The translations under genes were made by a program, and so were the position numbers. A stretch of 64,000 nt of DNA from a candidate division FCPU426 bacterium (GTDB lineage Bacteria; Oederibacteriota; Muellerivitia; Muellerivitales; Muellerivitaceae). Shown in pieces: positions 60,690 through 64,000 of the stretch (within the stretch, counting starts at the first letter, position 1; each line of letters opens with the position of its first letter). The stretch is from assembly GCA_963796105.1 (NCBI GenBank), contig CAWCKJ010000004.1, positions 1,440,001 to 1,504,000 on the forward strand. Direction: 5' to 3'. The notes below the pieces were generated by a model, which worked only from the letters and a program-made list of their open reading frames with translations, searched no databases and was not told where the DNA came from.

Positions 60690-60867
60690 GCATTTCAGAA
60701 ACCTCAAACGACAATCCAGTTCTAAAATCGTTATAAGAATTTTTGACATGGCTGGTAGTAATTTTAATTTAACCTTCAAGAAATGCATTCCATCTGGTAT
60801 TTTCCCGGCCCTCAATTTAAAATGCACTGTCAAAAATATAACGAGTAAGATACACAATAAATTCATG

Positions 60868-60883
60868 ACCAAATCGTTTTGAT
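60868..60883. promoter_or_regulatory. Possible LacI-family operator
   Basis: CCAAATCGTTTTG pseudo-palindrome with central CG upstream of the LacI gene. Confidence 0.35.
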
Positions 60884-60946
60884 TCGAGCACGTAAAATTC
60901 CAGCCGGCCTATTCATCAGGAAATTAATCATCAGAGGAGTCACCAG

Positions 60947-61963
60947 GTGGCGACCATAAAGGACGTGGCGAAGAAAGCTGGAGTAACGATTGGTACCGTT
61001 TCCAGGGTTTTGAACCACAAAAAATGGGTCAGTGACGATTGCAAGGAAAAGGTTTTGGCGGCCATCAAGGATCTTCATTACAAACCCCAAGCCCACGCGA
61101 GGCGCCTTCGACAGAAAGAGTCCCGGATTTTCGGGGTCATCGCTCCCCACCATACGTCCATGTTCAGCAGTCCCTTTTTCACCAATATCATGGAGGGGAT
61201 CGAGGAAGTTTCAGCGGAACACCAGTACCGGCTTTTATTGCACCCATTGAATGACACGGCCCGGGCCCAGCTTTCCTACCGGCTTCTCCTAGGGGACGGG
61301 AGCGTGGATGGAATGTTCGTCTTGAATTCCTGGTCCAACGACGCATCCATCCGGGAATTGATCGAAGCCAGCGTCCCATTCGTCCTGATCAACGGAAAGA
61401 TCACAGGCAAGGAAGAATTGCCCTATGTGGGTTTAAACAACCGGTGCGGGGTCATTAAAGCCATAGCGTATTTAAAGGAACAAGGGCATGAAAGAATCGG
61501 CATGATCAATGGACGCATGACCACGACCAACGCTTTGGAACGCTTCCAGTCTTTCCAGGATGCTCTCGCCGAGAACAAGTTGGAATTCGAGAAGGATTGG
61601 GTCGGCGACGGCGATTTCGAGGAAGAAGGAGGGTTCAAGGCTTGCCTCCAGATCATGAAAGCCATTCGCAAACCCAGCGCCATTCTTTGCGCCAACGACT
61701 TGATGGCAATGGGGGCCATCCGCGCCTTGAAATCACTTGGCTTGATGGTTCCTGAGAATATTTCCATCGTGGGATTTGACAATATGGAGGAAGCGGCTTA
61801 CAACCAGCCGGCCCTGACCACCGTTTCCTATTCCCCTTATGAGATGGGGAAAAAAGCGGCCCAGAAGATGTTCCAATTGGTCGCGGGTGAAAAGCTGAAG
61901 GAAAACGCCACCATCCTGGAATCCCAGTTGATCGAAAGGAATTCCACCAAGAAGATTAATTAG
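60947..61963 (+). CDS. LacI-family transcriptional regulator
   Basis: TIKDVAKKAGVTIGTVSRVLN, ANDLMAMG, ISIVGFD, PALTTV. Confidence 0.96.
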   Translation: MATIKDVAKKAGVTIGTVSRVLNHKKWVSDDCKEKVLAAIKDLHYKPQAHARRLRQKESRIFGVIAPHHTSMFSSPFFTNIMEGIEEVSAEHQYRLLLHPLNDTARAQLSYRLLLGDGSVDGMFVLNSWSNDASIRELIEASVPFVLINGKITGKEELPYVGLNNRCGVIKAIAYLKEQGHERIGMINGRMTTTNALERFQSFQDALAENKLEFEKDWVGDGDFEEEGGFKACLQIMKAIRKPSAILCANDLMAMGAIRALKSLGLMVPENISIVGFDNMEEAAYNQPALTTVSYSPYEMGKKAAQKMFQLVAGEKLKENATILESQLIERNSTKKIN

Positions 61964-61991
61964 CTTAAGAAGCTTGTGAATGTTTTTTAAC

Positions 61992-62020
61992 AAGGCCCCC
62001 TCGAGGGCCTTTTTTATTTT
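61992..62020 (+). terminator. Intrinsic terminator
   Basis: AAGGCCCCCTCGAGGGCCTTTTTTATTTT. Confidence 0.65.
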
Positions 62021-62065
62021 CCGTGAAAAACCTAACATAAGGACCATGGAATCGAGAAAACAACG

Positions 62066-63853
62066 ATGAAAATTTTCCGTTTTATTACCTTATTCCCCTT
62101 TCTATTCATAACGGCGGTCTGGGCCCAGGATTCCAAACCGGTTGCTTCCAACAGTTCCCAAGCAGTCAAAGCCGAGGGGTTTCCTTCCTTAAAACCCGTT
62201 CACGCGGGCGAATCCTTCACGATAGCCGTACGCCTAAGCATCCAGGAGGGATGGCATGTCAACGCCCACAGCGGGCTTCCCGAGTATTTTATTCCGGCCG
62301 TAGTTTCCCTTGGATCCGGTGCGTCCGCTGATTTCTTATCGTCTGTACGATATCCACCCGGCGTCCCGAAACAATTGGGAGGAATGAGTAAGCCATTTCC
62401 GGTTTACGAGAAGGAGGCTGTTTTTTACGCCGACATCAGGCTCAATGACGGGGTAAAAACAGGTCCTCTCGAATTGCCCCTTCAAGTGCAAGTTCAAGCC
62501 TGCAATGACCGGGTCTGCCTGGCCCCGGCTGTCTTGCCTGTAACGGTTTCCCTGGAAATAGCGGGACTCAACCAGCCGGTCGCTCCATTCCATCCGGAAC
62601 TTTTTAAAACGATTCCCGAATCAGCCGTAGGCGTTTCCGAGAACATCATCGCCAAGTTTTTGAGGGAAAAAGGCATTTTCCTTACCTTCATCCTTATTTT
62701 CATGGGGGGGCTGGCCTTGAACTTGACCCCTTGCGTTTATCCCATGATCCCCATCACGGTTTCCTATTTTGGAAGCCAGAAAACAGAAAACGCGCCTGTC
62801 ATTCTGGCCCGGGCCCTGGCATATGTCGTGGGGATTTCGGTGACCTATTCCTCCCTGGGAGTGACGGCCGCCATGACCGGAAAGATCCTGGGTTCCACCC
62901 TTCAATCCCCCTATGTCCTTATTGGCATTTCCCTCCTGCTGGCGGCCTTGTCCCTATCCATGTTTGGGCTTTACGAAATCCAAGCCCCGTCCTGGCTGCT
63001 GAATAAAGTGGCTGCGGGAAACAGCCGGGGCTGGATCGGGGCCCTGGGGATGGGCCTGGTCTTTGGCATCGTGGCGGCCCCCTGTGTGGACCCCTTTTCC
63101 ATCGGACTCCTGACCTACGTGGCGGCCAAGGCCAATCCCTATTTGGGTTTTCTCATGTTCTTCACGCTTTCCCTGGGACTGGGTTTTCCCTATCTCTGGC
63201 TGGGCTTCTTCTCCAATGAAATCCAACGGCTTCCCAAGTCGGGGATGTGGATGGTTTGGGTCAAGAAGGTTTTCGGGATGGTTCTTCTAGGGATGCCTCT
63301 TTATTTCCTGCATCCCCTTCTTCCGGCCGATTTCAGCCGTTACGCGGTTCCTTCCTATTTGGCCCTGTCCGGGATTTTACTTGGATGGGTTTTTTTAGGA
63401 AACGGCGTGACGGGGGGGTTTAGGAAATTCCAACGTTCTTTCGGCTTGATCCTCTTTATATTCGGAATTTTCGTTTATAAATCCTGGCCCCAGCCGGTCG
63501 AACTGCCTTTTCAAAATTACGATTTGAGCTTGGTGCGGGAGGCTCAAAAACAAAACAAGCCGGTCTTCATCGATTTCTCGGCTTCCTGGTGCCTCCCCTG
63601 CAAGGAACTTGAGATAAGGACTTTTTCCGATCCGAAAGTCCATAGGGCGTTTCAATCCTGGGTCATGCTCAAAGCGGACTTGAGCCAATATTCCTCTGAG
63701 CCGGTGGAAGAATTAAAAAAAAGTTACCATATTTTGGGAGTTCCTACTTTGGTATTTTTAGGAGCGGATGGAAAGGAGAGGGTAGGACTCAGAACGGTCG
63801 GCTTTATTCCCGTTCCCCAACTTTTGGATAAGATCAATCAAACCGAGAAATAA
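62066..63853 (+). CDS. dsbD: Thiol:disulfide interchange protein DsbD
   Basis: N-terminal CNDRVC, TM LTPCVYPMIP and APCVDP, C-terminal WCLPC thioredoxin. Confidence 0.9.
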   Translation: MKIFRFITLFPFLFITAVWAQDSKPVASNSSQAVKAEGFPSLKPVHAGESFTIAVRLSIQEGWHVNAHSGLPEYFIPAVVSLGSGASADFLSSVRYPPGVPKQLGGMSKPFPVYEKEAVFYADIRLNDGVKTGPLELPLQVQVQACNDRVCLAPAVLPVTVSLEIAGLNQPVAPFHPELFKTIPESAVGVSENIIAKFLREKGIFLTFILIFMGGLALNLTPCVYPMIPITVSYFGSQKTENAPVILARALAYVVGISVTYSSLGVTAAMTGKILGSTLQSPYVLIGISLLLAALSLSMFGLYEIQAPSWLLNKVAAGNSRGWIGALGMGLVFGIVAAPCVDPFSIGLLTYVAAKANPYLGFLMFFTLSLGLGFPYLWLGFFSNEIQRLPKSGMWMVWVKKVFGMVLLGMPLYFLHPLLPADFSRYAVPSYLALSGILLGWVFLGNGVTGGFRKFQRSFGLILFIFGIFVYKSWPQPVELPFQNYDLSLVREAQKQNKPVFIDFSASWCLPCKELEIRTFSDPKVHRAFQSWVMLKADLSQYSSEPVEELKKSYHILGVPTLVFLGADGKERVGLRTVGFIPVPQLLDKINQTEK

Positions 63854-64000
63854 AGCCGTGAGGTATCTTGAAAACAAAACGGGAAATAAAAAAAGGCAGT
63901 TGATGAGGGTTAATCTTCCTCGACCAGGGTGAATTCGCGGTGATGGGAAAAACAGGATGGGCATTTCTCGGGAAGGCCTGTCTTGCGGTGAACCAACTGT

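Overview
Bacterial chromosomal window of moderate GC from a diderm organism. The Thr/Pro-rich secreted proteins, one ending in a 'YPNP...GIY...KLLVLR' C-terminal domain, suggest an uncultured FCPU426-like lineage (inference only). Core content: a two-part nitrogen-assimilation regulon with glnA, an APC permease fused to a PII domain, a porin, four free PII genes and two amt genes. Sigma54 promoters sharing a candidate enhancer motif precede the APC-PII gene, the porin, amt1 and an EAL gene. Housekeeping and accessory genes include an adenylate cyclase, glutathione peroxidase, yaeQ, htpX, dsbD, a LacI regulator and esterases. A decayed island (about 31-43 kb) carries a frameshifted RHS toxin with a GH24 lysozyme tip, a candidate immunity lipoprotein, RAYT and IS256 remnants and a toxin-antitoxin pair. 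Four complete IS elements (IS3, IS1380, IS4, IS1595) have visible terminal inverted repeats and target duplications. The most unusual signal is a family of nested intergenic micro-elements centred on a GxxExxY nuclease-like gene. These have ACCACAG...CTGTGGT ends carrying GNA-triloop hairpins, and a ~74-bp CA-flanked double-hairpin unit with covarying stems inserts into those ends. No tRNA, rRNA or CRISPR array was recognised.
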